Positions 29,581 to 39,058 of a stretch of DNA of 64,000 nucleotides are shown one piece after another. The position numbers were made by a program, and so were the translations under genes. Every line of letters starts with the position of its first letter. The stretch's first letter is position 1. The stretch lies in the NCBI GenBank assembly GCA_963831425.1, contig CAWHQC010000009.1:4184-68183 (forward strand). The letters run 5' to 3'. The notes beneath the pieces are model-generated. The model worked only from the letters and a program-made list of their open reading frames with translations, was not told where the DNA came from and ran no database searches. This stretch comes from an uncultured Gemmatimonadales bacterium (GTDB lineage: Bacteria; Gemmatimonadota; Gemmatimonadetes; Gemmatimonadales; GWC2-71-9).

Positions 29581-30344
29581 TCGGGCCGAGGCATCCCGAG
29601 GTAGGCCACCATGCGCCCGTCCATCCCCCGGGATGCCCGATGACTATAAAAGGAAGGGCGGTCGTGCGCGCTGCACCAGCCGGAGACGGTGACCGCCCCG
29701 ACCCCGAGGGACCGGGCCCGCCCCGCGAGATGCGCCCGCAGGTCGAGGTGCCAGGGGCCAGGCCCGTCGGACGGCACCCCGCACCCGGCCAGGACCTCCG
29801 CGCCGACTTCGTAGCAGGCCCCGCAGATGCCGACCCCGCAGTGCAGCAGCACGTCGCCCGCCGCCGCGCCAGTAACCGTGAGCAACTGCTCCAGGCCTGT
29901 CGCCAGGATCCCGCCGGCGGTGCCGCGCCAGCCGGCGTGCAGCAGCGCGACGCCGCGGCCCGGCACGACCAGGTAGACCGGAATGCAGTCGGCCACGGTC
30001 ACGGTCAGCAGCACGCCGGGGCTGGTGGTGACCCATCCGTCCACGCCCTCGTGCTGGATCCAGCCGTGTGCCGGCCCGGCGGTCGCCACCACCGTGCCGT
30101 GCACCTGGGTGCCAAGGACGACCGCGTCGAAGCCCGAAATGGCGTGACGGAAGTCGCGCCAGCGGCTCATCACCTCGCCGACGGGCGCCTCGCTCCAGAG
30201 CCCGAGGTCGAAGCCGCGGCCCGCCCCGCCGCCGCGGCCGGTGATGCCGGCGGTGACCCCGTAGCGATCATGCCAGTCGGGGAGCTCGAAGAGCGGGAGC
30301 GGGCCGGGCGCGGGGCGCTCACGGTGGATCGTGGCGGCCGGCAC
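29577..30344 (-). CDS. pgeF: Peptidoglycan editing factor PgeF (YfiH/DUF152 laccase-domain protein)
   Basis: 255-aa ORF with QVHG..V, ADC.PV, HAGWRG and CTS...FYSHR-type motifs (ADCIPVYL, HAGWRGTAGG, CGACYEV, FYSHRASRG). Confidence 0.88.
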   Translation of the reverse strand: MPAATIHRERPAPGPLPLFELPDWHDRYGVTAGITGRGGGAGRGFDLGLWSEAPVGEVMSRWRDFRHAISGFDAVVLGTQVHGTVVATAGPAHGWIQHEGVDGWVTTSPGVLLTVTVADCIPVYLVVPGRGVALLHAGWRGTAGGILATGLEQLLTVTGAAAGDVLLHCGVGICGACYEVGAEVLAGCGVPSDGPGPWHLDLRAHLAGRARSLGVGAVTVSGWCSAHDRPSFYSHRASRGMDGRMVAYLGMPRPD

Positions 30345-31637
30345 TCAGTCATCCGCCCGCTCGATATCGGCGCCGAGGGCCCGGAGACGCTCGTCGATGC
30401 GCTCGTAGCCGCGCTCGATCTGGCCCACGTTGTGGATGATGCTCGACCCTTCGGCGGCGAGTGCCGCCAGCAGCATCGCCATGCCGGCCCGGATGTCGGG
30501 CGACTCCACGGTCCCGCCCTTGAGCGGCGACGGCCCCGAGATCACCGCGCGATGGGGGTCGCACAGCACGATGCGCGCGCCCATGCCGATGAGCTTGTCC
30601 ACGAAGAAGAGGCGCGACTCGAACATCTTCTCGAACACCAGGAGCATGCCCGAGCACTGCGTCGCCGTGACGATGGTGGTGGACATGACGTCCGCGGGGA
30701 ACGCGGGCCAGGGCCCGTCTTCCAGCTTGGGCACGTGGCCGCCCAGATCGGGGCGGATCCGCCGCTCCTGTCCCGCATCCACGGTGAGCCGCTGGCCGTC
30801 GATCCGGGGCCGGATGCCCAGCCGCTCGAAGCCCAGCAGCGTGCTCCGCAGGTCTTCCGGGCGCACGGGCTCGATGGTGATCTCGCCGTTGGTGACGGCG
30901 GCCAGCCCGATGAAGCTCCCGATCTCGATGTGATCCGGGCCGATGGCGTAGGCCGTACCGGTGAGCGGGCGGCCGCCCTCGATGACGTAGACGTTCGACC
31001 CGATGCCGTCGATCTGCGCGCCCATCGCCACGAGCGCGCGGGCCAGGTCCTGCACGTGCGGTTCGCAGGCCGCGTTCCGCAGCACGGTGCGGCCCCGGGC
31101 CGCGACCGCCGCCATCAGCGCGTTCTCGGTGCCGGTGACGCTCGGCTCATCGAGAAAAATATCGGCCCCATGCAGGCCCCGTTTGGCCTCGAGCTCGTAG
31201 CGATCGCCCACGGTGACCGAGGCGCCGAGCTGCTCGAGGGCGAGGAAATGGGTGTCGACGCGGCGCCGTCCGATGACGTCGCCGCCGGGCGGCGGCAGGG
31301 TGACGAGGCCGAATCGGGCGAGCAGCGGCCCGGCGAGTAGGATGGAGGCGCGGATGCGGGTGCACAGCTTCGGATCGAGCGCCTTGGGGTGCACCGGGCG
31401 TGCATCGACGCGGACCAGATTGGGACCGGTCCACTCGACCGCGGCGCCGAGGTCGGCGAGCAGGGCCAGCATGGTCTCGACATCCCGGATGCGGGGGATG
31501 TTGTCGAGCTCCATCGGGCCGTCGGCGAGCAGGGTGGCGGCGAGGATCGGCAGCGCCGCGTTCTTGTTCCCCGCCGGCCGGATCGAACCCCGCAGCGGAC
31601 GCTGCCCGCGAACCAGATATCGTGGAGGCATGCGCAA
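30345..31637 (-). CDS. murA: UDP-N-acetylglucosamine 1-carboxyvinyltransferase
   Basis: 430-aa intact ORF with GNKNAALPILAATLLA, the catalytic loop PPGGDVIGRRRVD (Asp where E. coli MurA has the catalytic Cys) and a C-terminal ...IERGYERIDERL. Confidence 0.93.
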   Translation of the reverse strand: MRMPPRYLVRGQRPLRGSIRPAGNKNAALPILAATLLADGPMELDNIPRIRDVETMLALLADLGAAVEWTGPNLVRVDARPVHPKALDPKLCTRIRASILLAGPLLARFGLVTLPPPGGDVIGRRRVDTHFLALEQLGASVTVGDRYELEAKRGLHGADIFLDEPSVTGTENALMAAVAARGRTVLRNAACEPHVQDLARALVAMGAQIDGIGSNVYVIEGGRPLTGTAYAIGPDHIEIGSFIGLAAVTNGEITIEPVRPEDLRSTLLGFERLGIRPRIDGQRLTVDAGQERRIRPDLGGHVPKLEDGPWPAFPADVMSTTIVTATQCSGMLLVFEKMFESRLFFVDKLIGMGARIVLCDPHRAVISGPSPLKGGTVESPDIRAGMAMLLAALAAEGSSIIHNVGQIERGYERIDERLRALGADIERADD

Positions 31638-31773
31638 AGCTGCCCGTGTCGGGGGAGCGCGTCAAGCGGATCGAGGGGGTTGCGGTGCACGTTGGACTGC
31701 GTTGTTTTACCCTTCGTACTCGCCGCTGCGCGTCAGGGCCGCCGGCACGCCGGGCCTTTTCGGGGAGGTCACC

Positions 31774-32262
31774 GTGGGATCGCATACACTCGCACTGCTG
31801 CAGGTCGTCGCCGATGCCGGCTGGGTTGGCCCGACGGTCGCCATTTCACTCGCCGTCATCGCGCTCTCGATCCTGGCGGCGGCCATCGCCGTTGCCATCG
31901 CGGCGCTCCGCCTCTCGGCGCAGGCGAAGAAGATCAGCGGGCTGGTGGACGGCCTGCAGGACGACGCGGCGCAGGCGCTCAAGGCGGTGCGCCGCCTGAC
32001 GGAACAGGGGCAGGATCTGATGGTGCTGGTGCGGCACGAGGCCGGGGCGTTCGCCCAGACAAGCCGGCGGGTCCGGCGCAAGCTGGTGCGAGGGGTGGAC
32101 CGCGTGGAGCACAAGCTGGAGGACCTGGAGACGTTGTACGACGTGGTCCACGGCGAAGTGGAGGACGCCGCGCTCGACGTCGCGGCCACGCTCCGCTCCG
32201 TGCGGCGCGGGAACGGGATGCTTGGCCGCGTGCGGCGCGTCCTGGCGGCCGGGCGAGCATGA
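31774..32262 (+). CDS. DUF948-like membrane-anchored coiled-coil protein
   Basis: GTG at 31774 is preceded by GGGGAGG. One TM helix (VAISLAVIALSILAAAIAVAIAAL) is followed by a helical region. The upstream part of the 349-aa ORF is antisense to murA. Confidence 0.6.
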   Translation: MGSHTLALLQVVADAGWVGPTVAISLAVIALSILAAAIAVAIAALRLSAQAKKISGLVDGLQDDAAQALKAVRRLTEQGQDLMVLVRHEAGAFAQTSRRVRRKLVRGVDRVEHKLEDLETLYDVVHGEVEDAALDVAATLRSVRRGNGMLGRVRRVLAAGRA

Positions 32263-33227
32263 CGGCCGCACGCCTCGCGCTCGCCTTCGCGGGCGTGGGG
32301 CTGGTGCTGCTCGCCCTGCCCTCCGCCGCGCACGCGTGGACGCCCGGCACGCACATTTATCTCGGGGAGTCCGTGCTCTCGAGCCTGCCGCAGCTCCCCG
32401 CGACCGTCGCCGACCTGCTGCGGGCGTATCCGTTCGACTACCTCTACGGGAACATCGCGGCCGATTCGTCCATCGCGAAGCACTATGCGCCGCTCGGCCG
32501 GCACTGCCACTACTGGCACGTCGGCCAGGAGATTCACGATCTGGCCGGCTCGGACGCGCTCCGCGCCTTCGGGCTGGGGTATCTGAGCCACCTCGCGGCC
32601 GACACCGTGGCGCACAACTACTTCGTTCCGCGCCAGCTCATGATCACGAGCAGCACGGCGGCGGTGGGCCACTCGTACTGGGAGACGCGGGTCGAGACCC
32701 ACTTGGGCGACGCCTACGCGCGCTCGGCCCGCGACGTCATCCTGCTCAACCACTCCGACGCCGACGCGCACCTCGACCGGATCATCTCGCCGACCATCTT
32801 CAGCGTGCGCACGAACCGGCGTCTGTTTCGCGGGATGGTGCGGCTCACCGAAAGCCCGAGCTGGCAGCGGGCCACCCAGGTGGCCCGCGAATACAGCCGG
32901 TGGCCGCTCACCGACGCCGACGTCGAACGGCACCTCGGCCTGTCGTTCGACTACATGATGGCGTTCCTGGCGAGCACCGCGTCGCCGGCCCTGCAGCTCG
33001 ATCCCTCGGGCGAGCAACCGCTCAAGACCGCCAAGGAGCTGCGCCGGCGCGTGCTGCGCGACGTGGGCCGCCGCAACTCGTCCCGGCTCGAGGGGGCGGC
33101 CGAGGAGCACTTCGGGCTGCCCGACCGGCCGCTCGACTTCTGGAGCCGCATCCCGCAGCGGCTCCCCTGGGGCGCACCGGAGCGCGCGGCGCCCTCGCCG
33201 CAGGCGCTCGTGAGCAACGATCGCTGA
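32259..33227 (+). CDS. Zinc-dependent phospholipase C-like family protein
   Basis: ATGA overlap with the previous stop. Signal peptide MTAARLALAFAGVGLVLLALPSAAHA followed by WTPGTHIYLGE and LSHLAADTVAHN, the His-rich metal-site pattern of this family. Confidence 0.65.
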   Translation: MTAARLALAFAGVGLVLLALPSAAHAWTPGTHIYLGESVLSSLPQLPATVADLLRAYPFDYLYGNIAADSSIAKHYAPLGRHCHYWHVGQEIHDLAGSDALRAFGLGYLSHLAADTVAHNYFVPRQLMITSSTAAVGHSYWETRVETHLGDAYARSARDVILLNHSDADAHLDRIISPTIFSVRTNRRLFRGMVRLTESPSWQRATQVAREYSRWPLTDADVERHLGLSFDYMMAFLASTASPALQLDPSGEQPLKTAKELRRRVLRDVGRRNSSRLEGAAEEHFGLPDRPLDFWSRIPQRLPWGAPERAAPSPQALVSNDR

Positions 33228-33238
33228 ACTGCGACGCC

Positions 33239-33673
33239 GTGGTACGCCGGCTCGGACTGCGGCCTCACCCCGAGGGCGGGTTCTACGGCGAGACGTTCCG
33301 CAGCCCGCTCCGGCTCACGCTTCCCGACGGCCGGGTTCGCTCGGCATCCACGGCCATTCACTATGTCCTGCCGCCCGATGCATGGAGCACGTGGCACCGG
33401 GTGCACGCGGACGAGATCTGGCATCACTACGACGGCGCGCCGCTCAGACTGCACCGGTTGGGGCTCGGTGAGGCATGGCTGGATCGAGAGACCCCGCAGG
33501 CCGTCGTGCCGGCGGGTATATGGCAGGCGGCCGAGTCGCAGGGGGGCGCCGTGCTGTGCGGTTGCACGGTGGCGCCGGGCTTCGAGTTCGACGACTTCGA
33601 GCTGGGCGACGTCGAGGCGCTCGTGTCGGAGTTTCCCGGTGACCGCGAGCTCATCCGACGGCTGGCGCGCTGA
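33239..33673 (+). CDS. Cupin-fold protein (DUF985-like)
   Basis: VVRRLGLRPHPEGGFYGETFRS...WH.V..DEIWH...G.PL matches my memory of DUF985 cupins. The GTG start at 33239 is a guess. Confidence 0.6.
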   Translation: MVRRLGLRPHPEGGFYGETFRSPLRLTLPDGRVRSASTAIHYVLPPDAWSTWHRVHADEIWHHYDGAPLRLHRLGLGEAWLDRETPQAVVPAGIWQAAESQGGAVLCGCTVAPGFEFDDFELGDVEALVSEFPGDRELIRRLAR

Positions 33674-33685
33674 CATCCCGCCTGC

Positions 33686-35107
33686 TTACCCGAGCTTCTC
33701 CTGCAGCACAGGCTGTACTCCTTTGGGATCCGCCTTGCCCTTGCTGCGCTTCATGACCTGGCCCACGAAGAATCCCATCAGCTTGGTCTCCCCGCCCCGG
33801 TAGCGCGCCACCTCGGCGGGGTGCGCGGAGAGGACTTCGTCCACCCACCCGGCCAGCGCGTGCTGGTCGCTCACCTGGACCAGCCCCAGCCGCTCCGCGG
33901 CGGCGCCGGGCGCCTCGCCCGGGCGCCGGGCGAGCTCGGTGTACACGCGCTTGGCGGCCTGGTGGCTCACCACGCCCTCGCGAACGAGCGTGACCAGCGC
34001 CGCCAGGCGCGCCGCCTCCACCGGGAAGGCGCCGGTCTCGTTGTAGCTCGTCATGACGTCGCCCATCACCCAGTTGGCCGCGGTCTTGGGCTCGACGCCG
34101 GCCGTGACCACCGACTCGTAGTACTCGGCCAGGGCGGCCTCGCTGGTGAGCACGCGAGCGTCATACGCCGGGAGGCCGAAGGCAAGCTCGAACCGGGCGC
34201 GACGCGCGTCCGGCAGCTCCGGGAGCGCCAGACGCTCGGCGGCGATCCACTCCGGCGCCAGGACCAGCGGCGGCAGGTCCGGATCGGGGAAGTACCGGTA
34301 GTCATGGCTCTCCTCCTTGGACCGGAGCGGGCGGACTTCCCCGCTGCCGGCATTGAAGAGAAGGGTGACCTGGGCCACGCGCTCGCCCCGCTCGACCAGG
34401 CCGATCTGGCGCTCGCGCTCGGCCTCGAGCGCGCGCTCGACATTGGCGAACGAGTTGAGGTTCTTCACCTCCGCCTTGGTCCCGAGCCCGGGTGCACCGG
34501 GCCGCCGGATCGAGATGTTGGCGTCCACCCTGAGGCTCCCCTGCTCCATGCTGCAATCGCTCACGCCCGCGTACACCAGGATCTGGCGCAGGGTGACGAG
34601 GTAGGCGCGCGCCTCGGCCGGTGTGCGCATATCGGGGTCGCTCACGATCTCGGCAAGTGGCGTTCCGGCGCGGTTCAGGTCCACAGCCGTTTTGCCCGGG
34701 AACCGGTCATGAATCAGCTTGCCGGCGTCCTCCTCCAGGTGCAGTCGGGTGACACCGACTTCCAGTCGGCCACGCTCGGGCGAGTCGAACGCCACGCGTC
34801 CACCGGTCGCGAGCGGCTGGTCGAACTGCGAGATCTGGTAGCCCTTGGGGAGATCGGGATAGAAATAGTTCTTCCGGGCGAACACGCTTACCGGGTGCAC
34901 CGTGCAGCCGAGTGCCAGGGCCGCGCGGGCGCCGAGCCGGACGGCCTCGGCGTTGGGCACGGGGAGCGCGCCGGGAAGGCCCAAGCAGGTGGGACACACG
35001 TTGGTATTGGGCGGGTCGCCGAAGGTGGTGCGACAGGCGCAGAACATCTTGGTCCGCGTGCTGAGCTGGACGTGGACCTCGAGCCCGATCACGGTTTCCC
35101 ACGCCAT
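33686..35107 (-). CDS. gatB: Asp-tRNA(Asn)/Glu-tRNA(Gln) amidotransferase subunit B
   Basis: 473-aa intact ORF with WETVIGLEVHVQL.T.TKMFC and a C-terminal YqeY-like tail. Confidence 0.95.
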   Translation of the reverse strand: MAWETVIGLEVHVQLSTRTKMFCACRTTFGDPPNTNVCPTCLGLPGALPVPNAEAVRLGARAALALGCTVHPVSVFARKNYFYPDLPKGYQISQFDQPLATGGRVAFDSPERGRLEVGVTRLHLEEDAGKLIHDRFPGKTAVDLNRAGTPLAEIVSDPDMRTPAEARAYLVTLRQILVYAGVSDCSMEQGSLRVDANISIRRPGAPGLGTKAEVKNLNSFANVERALEAERERQIGLVERGERVAQVTLLFNAGSGEVRPLRSKEESHDYRYFPDPDLPPLVLAPEWIAAERLALPELPDARRARFELAFGLPAYDARVLTSEAALAEYYESVVTAGVEPKTAANWVMGDVMTSYNETGAFPVEAARLAALVTLVREGVVSHQAAKRVYTELARRPGEAPGAAAERLGLVQVSDQHALAGWVDEVLSAHPAEVARYRGGETKLMGFFVGQVMKRSKGKADPKGVQPVLQEKLG

Positions 35108-36495
35108 CAGCGCACCTCCGCGTCGGCCGCGATGACCCCTTCGAGCGTCCTCGCCGCGGCAAGGAGCCGCTCGTCCTCGAAGAACGGCGCGATGAGCTGG
35201 GCCCCGACCGGCAGCCCTTCGCTCCGGCCGGCCGGGAGGCTCAAGGCCGGCAGTCCGGCCAGGCTGATGGCGCAGACGAAGACATCCGCCAGGTACATGG
35301 AGACGGGGTCCGCGGTCTTTTCTCCCGCGCGGAACGCGGGCGTCGGCGTGGTGGGAGTCAGCAGGAGGTCGAGGCCCCCCTCGAACACGCGGCGGAAGTC
35401 GTCGGCGATGAGCGCGCGCACCCGCTGCGCCTTCCGGTAGTAGGCATCGTAGTAGCCGGCGCTCAGGACGTACGTCCCCACCAGAATGCGGCGCTGCACT
35501 TCGGGCCCGAAGCCCTGGCCACGCGTCGCCTGGTAGAGCGCGCGGATGTCGCCGGCGGGCCCGATGTGTCGCGGGCCGTAGCGGACGCCGTCGTAGCGTG
35601 CAAGGTTGGCCGCGGCTTCGGCGGGCGCGACGATGTAATACGTGGGGACGGCGTAGGCCGAATGGGGGAGTGAGACCTCGACCAGCTCGGCGCCGAGCTC
35701 CCGGAGCGACGCCCTGGTCCGCTCCATCGCCGCGGCGACGCCGGGGTCGAGGTCGGCCGGGAAGTATTCGCGTGGCAGACCCACCCGAAGGCCGCGGAGA
35801 TCGGCCAGCGGCCCGGGCACCCCCATCGGTGGCCGATCGAGGGTGGTGCTGTCGAGCGGATCATGCCCGCTCATCGCGCTCAGGACGCCGGCGGCGTCGG
35901 CCACGCTGCGGCCGAAAGCCGAGATGCAGTCGAGCGAGGAGCCGAAGGCCACCAAGCCGTAGCGGCTCACCCGGCCGTAGCTTGGTTTCACGCCCACGAT
36001 GCCGCAGAAGCTCGCCGGCTGGCGCACCGACCCGCCGGTCTCGGAGCCAAGCGCCGCGGGCACGACCCCGGCCGCGACCAGCGCCGCCGAGCCACCGGAT
36101 GAGCCGCCTGGCACGCGGGCCGGGTCCAGCGGATGCCGTACCCGGCCGAAGGCCGAGTGCTCCGTGGACGAGCCCATCGCGAACTCGTCCATGTTGGCCT
36201 TGGCGGCCACGAGGGCGCCCGCGGCGCGGAGCCGGCGGATCACGGTCGCGTCGTAGGGCGAGACGTATCCCTCGAGGATGCGCGACGCGCAGGTGGTCGG
36301 CATGTCAGCGGTGACGATGTTGTCCTTGACCGCGATCGGCACACCGCCGAGCGGGCCGGGCGCGGGCATCGCGTCCACCCGGGCGGCTTCGGCGTCGAGC
36401 TGTGCCTGGGACCAGTGGAGCGTCGCGTTCAGTCCGGCCGCATCGGCCGCGGCCAGCCGCTCACCGGTGGCCCGGGCCACGGCGGCGGTGCTCAC
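35107..36495 (-). CDS. gatA: Asp-tRNA(Asn)/Glu-tRNA(Gln) amidotransferase subunit A
   Basis: 462-aa intact ORF with amidase signature GGSSGGSAALVAAG and KDNI. Confidence 0.95.
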   Translation of the reverse strand: MSTAAVARATGERLAAADAAGLNATLHWSQAQLDAEAARVDAMPAPGPLGGVPIAVKDNIVTADMPTTCASRILEGYVSPYDATVIRRLRAAGALVAAKANMDEFAMGSSTEHSAFGRVRHPLDPARVPGGSSGGSAALVAAGVVPAALGSETGGSVRQPASFCGIVGVKPSYGRVSRYGLVAFGSSLDCISAFGRSVADAAGVLSAMSGHDPLDSTTLDRPPMGVPGPLADLRGLRVGLPREYFPADLDPGVAAAMERTRASLRELGAELVEVSLPHSAYAVPTYYIVAPAEAAANLARYDGVRYGPRHIGPAGDIRALYQATRGQGFGPEVQRRILVGTYVLSAGYYDAYYRKAQRVRALIADDFRRVFEGGLDLLLTPTTPTPAFRAGEKTADPVSMYLADVFVCAISLAGLPALSLPAGRSEGLPVGAQLIAPFFEDERLLAAARTLEGVIAADAEVR

Positions 36496-36791
36496 GGCTC
36501 CTCCATGGCGCCGTGCCGCGGCACGAGAAAGAAGCCGTCGGCGAACTCGGGGGCGAACGCCGCCGGCGGCCGGGCCAGCGGCACCGAGCCGGGCACGTCC
36601 TCGCGGAGCGCCACTTCACGGGGACCTGGAAGGAAGAGGTCCGTGGCCCCATCGACCGAGACCTGGTCCAGCCGGGCCACGTAGTCCACGATGCCATTGA
36701 GCTGGGCCACCAGGCGGTCGAGGTCGGCTTCGTCGACCGCGAGCTCCGCCAGCCGGGCCACGTGGAGGACTTCGTCCCGGCCGATGCTCAT
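36492..36791 (-). CDS. gatC: Asp-tRNA(Asn)/Glu-tRNA(Gln) amidotransferase subunit C
   Basis: MSIGRDEVLHVARLAELAVDEADLDRLVAQLNGIVDYV. 4-nt overlaps with pcrA and gatA. Confidence 0.88.
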   Translation of the reverse strand: MSIGRDEVLHVARLAELAVDEADLDRLVAQLNGIVDYVARLDQVSVDGATDLFLPGPREVALREDVPGSVPLARPPAAFAPEFADGFFLVPRHGAMEEP

Positions 36792-39058
36792 GCGCTCTCC
36801 CATTCCCGCTCGAGTCCCGCGTACGCCACGAGCAGTTGCTTGACGCCCACCTCCGCGTCATCGAAGGCCACGGAAACTTTTAGATCGCGTCCGGTCCCGG
36901 TCAGCCCCTGGATGGTCCCGCCGCCGAACCGGCGGTGGCGGACGCGCTCGCCCTTCACGTAGCGCGGGGCATCCTGGGAGAGCTCCTCGGTCGGACGGTC
37001 GGACGGTCGGGCGGTCAGTGATGCACCCGGGCGCCTGCCCACCTGCCCGCCCGACCGTCCGGCCGTCCGGCCGTCCGCCCATCCCGGCGCCCACAGCGCG
37101 GTCGTCCGCCGCTCGTCCAGGATGGCGGGCGGGAGCGCGCGGAGGAATCGGGACGGGATCCCCGGCCGGAGCTCGCCGCCCCGGCGCCGGGCCCGGGCCC
37201 AGGTGAGATAGAGCTTGTCCTTGGCGCGGGTCAGGCCGACGTAGCAGAGCCGGCGCTCCTCCTCGAGACCGTCCGGCTGCTCCTCCGCGCGGGCGAGCGG
37301 GAAGAGGCCATTCTCGAGCCCCGTCAGCACGACCACGGGCCATTCGAGCCCCTTGGCGGTGTGCAGGGTCATCAGGGTGACGCCGTCCTCGCGTCCCACC
37401 ACGGTGTCGCCCGACGAGAGCAACGCCGCCTCCGCGAGGAAGCGTTCGAGCGGCGTGCCCTCCGACTCGTCCGTCACCACCTCGGACCAGTTCGCGGCGC
37501 TGGCCAGCAGCTCGCGCACGTTCTCCCACCGGTCGGCGCCCTCGGGCCCCTCCGCATGCAGCAGCGCCTCGTAGTCGATGGCGCGGAGCAACTGCTCGAG
37601 CACGTCCGCCGTGGGCAGGTGCCGCGCGCGCTGGGCCAGCCCGTCGATGAGCGCCGCGAACGCGCGGAAGGCCTCGCGGACATTGGGCCGGAGCTCGGCG
37701 ATGCCCTCGGACGCGCGCGCGGTGTCGAGCAGCGGCTTGCTCCACTGCGCCGCCGTCCGGCCAAGCGTCGCAAGGCTGGTATCGCCGAGCCCGCGGCGCG
37801 GAACGGCGACGGCGCGGAGAAACGCCTCGTCGTCGGCGGGATTGGCGATGAGCCGGAGATAGGCCAGCAGGTCCTTCACCTCGCGGCGCTCGTAGAAGCT
37901 GATCGCGCCGATCAGGCGATAGGGGACGCCTGCCCGGCGAAAGCCTTCCTCGAGCGCCCGCGACTGGGCGTTGGTGCGATAGAGCACCGCCATCTCGGCG
38001 TACCCCCAGTCACCGGCGGCGCTCCGGCGCTCGAGCTCGCGCACGACCCACTCCGCCTCGTCACGCTCGTCGGCCGCGGCGACGAGCGTGACGGCCTCGC
38101 CCCCGCTTCGCCGGGTCGTGAGCGTCTTGCCGATGCGCCCGGTGTTCTCGGCGATGACGCCGTTGGCGGCGTCGAGCACCACCTGGGTGGAGCGATAGTT
38201 CTCCTCCAGCCGCACCAGCCGGGCGCCAGGGAAGTCCTTGAGGAAATCCTGCATGTTGCGCACGTCCGCGCCGCGCCAGCCGTAAATGGACTGATCGTCG
38301 TCGCCCACGGCGCAGACGTTCCCGTGCGCGCCGAGGAGCCGGATCAACTCGTACTGCGCCCGGTTGGTATCCTGGAACTCGTCCACCAGGATGAAATTGA
38401 ACCGCCCCTGATAGGCGCGGAGCCGATCCGGATGCTCGCGGAAGAGCGTGAGCGGATGCAGCAGCAGGTCGTCGAAATCCATCGCGTTCGCGGCCTTGAG
38501 CGCCGGGCCCATGGCGGCGTAGACGTCGGCCGCCACCTGGGCCAGGCGATCGAACTGCGACACGCCCAGGGCGAGCTCCGCCGGCGGGACCATCCGGTTC
38601 TTGGCACCGGAGATGAGCGACTGCACGGCGCGGGGAGGAAACAGCTTGGTCGAGTGGCCGCGCTGGTCCATGAGCCGCTTGATCAGGCTCAGCCGGTCAT
38701 CCTCGTCGTAGATGGTGAACTGGCGGCCGAAGCCGAGCAGTTCGGCCTCGCGCCGGAGCAGCCTCGCCGAGAGGGAGTGGAACGTGCCGATCCAGAGCCC
38801 CGACGGGTCGCGCTCGAGCAGCCGCCCGATGCGCTGCTTCATCTCGCCCGCGGCCTTGTTGGTGAAGGTCACGGCGAAGATCCGCTCGGGCGGCACACCG
38901 TGCCGGTCGATCAGCGCGGCGATGCGCGTGGTGAGGACGCGCGTCTTCCCCGAGCCCGCGCCGGCGAGGACGAGCAGCGGCCCGTGGACGTGCTCCACGG
39001 CCTCGCGCTGCGCGGGGTTGAGGGCGTGCCCCAGGCTGGGGGCGGGCGTATCGATCAC
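36788..39058 (-). CDS. pcrA: ATP-dependent DNA helicase PcrA/UvrD
   Basis: 756-aa ORF with LNPAQREAV, AGAGSGKTRVL, VDEFQDTN and helicase motifs III-VI, plus a C-terminal Tudor-like YVKGERVRHRRFGGGTI. GTGA overlap with the kinase stop. Confidence 0.93.
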   Translation of the reverse strand: MIDTPAPSLGHALNPAQREAVEHVHGPLLVLAGAGSGKTRVLTTRIAALIDRHGVPPERIFAVTFTNKAAGEMKQRIGRLLERDPSGLWIGTFHSLSARLLRREAELLGFGRQFTIYDEDDRLSLIKRLMDQRGHSTKLFPPRAVQSLISGAKNRMVPPAELALGVSQFDRLAQVAADVYAAMGPALKAANAMDFDDLLLHPLTLFREHPDRLRAYQGRFNFILVDEFQDTNRAQYELIRLLGAHGNVCAVGDDDQSIYGWRGADVRNMQDFLKDFPGARLVRLEENYRSTQVVLDAANGVIAENTGRIGKTLTTRRSGGEAVTLVAAADERDEAEWVVRELERRSAAGDWGYAEMAVLYRTNAQSRALEEGFRRAGVPYRLIGAISFYERREVKDLLAYLRLIANPADDEAFLRAVAVPRRGLGDTSLATLGRTAAQWSKPLLDTARASEGIAELRPNVREAFRAFAALIDGLAQRARHLPTADVLEQLLRAIDYEALLHAEGPEGADRWENVRELLASAANWSEVVTDESEGTPLERFLAEAALLSSGDTVVGREDGVTLMTLHTAKGLEWPVVVLTGLENGLFPLARAEEQPDGLEEERRLCYVGLTRAKDKLYLTWARARRRGGELRPGIPSRFLRALPPAILDERRTTALWAPGWADGRTAGRSGGQVGRRPGASLTARPSDRPTEELSQDAPRYVKGERVRHRRFGGGTIQGLTGTGRDLKVSVAFDDAEVGVKQLLVAYAGLEREWESA
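36989..37072. repeat. Imperfect inverted repeat built from tandem octamers, lying in-frame inside the pcrA linker
   Basis: Left arm GGTCGGACGGTCGGACGGTCGGGC (36989-37012); right arm GCCCGACCGTCCGGCCGTCCGGCC (37049-37072). 22 of 24 positions are complementary, with a 36-nt spacer. Confidence 0.8.

Noticed and set aside
31692-31720. Possible promoter TTGGAC-17 nt-CGTACT in the murA/DUF948 divergent region.
   Set aside because: The -10 hexamer matches TATAAT at only 3 of 6 positions and lacks the invariant A at position 2, so it is too weak to report as a feature.
36989-37072. CRISPR-like array (octamer tandem repeats here and the 13-nt tandem repeat at 49279-49305).
   Set aside because: The repeat units are far too short and directly abutting with no spacers, and there are no cas genes in the window.
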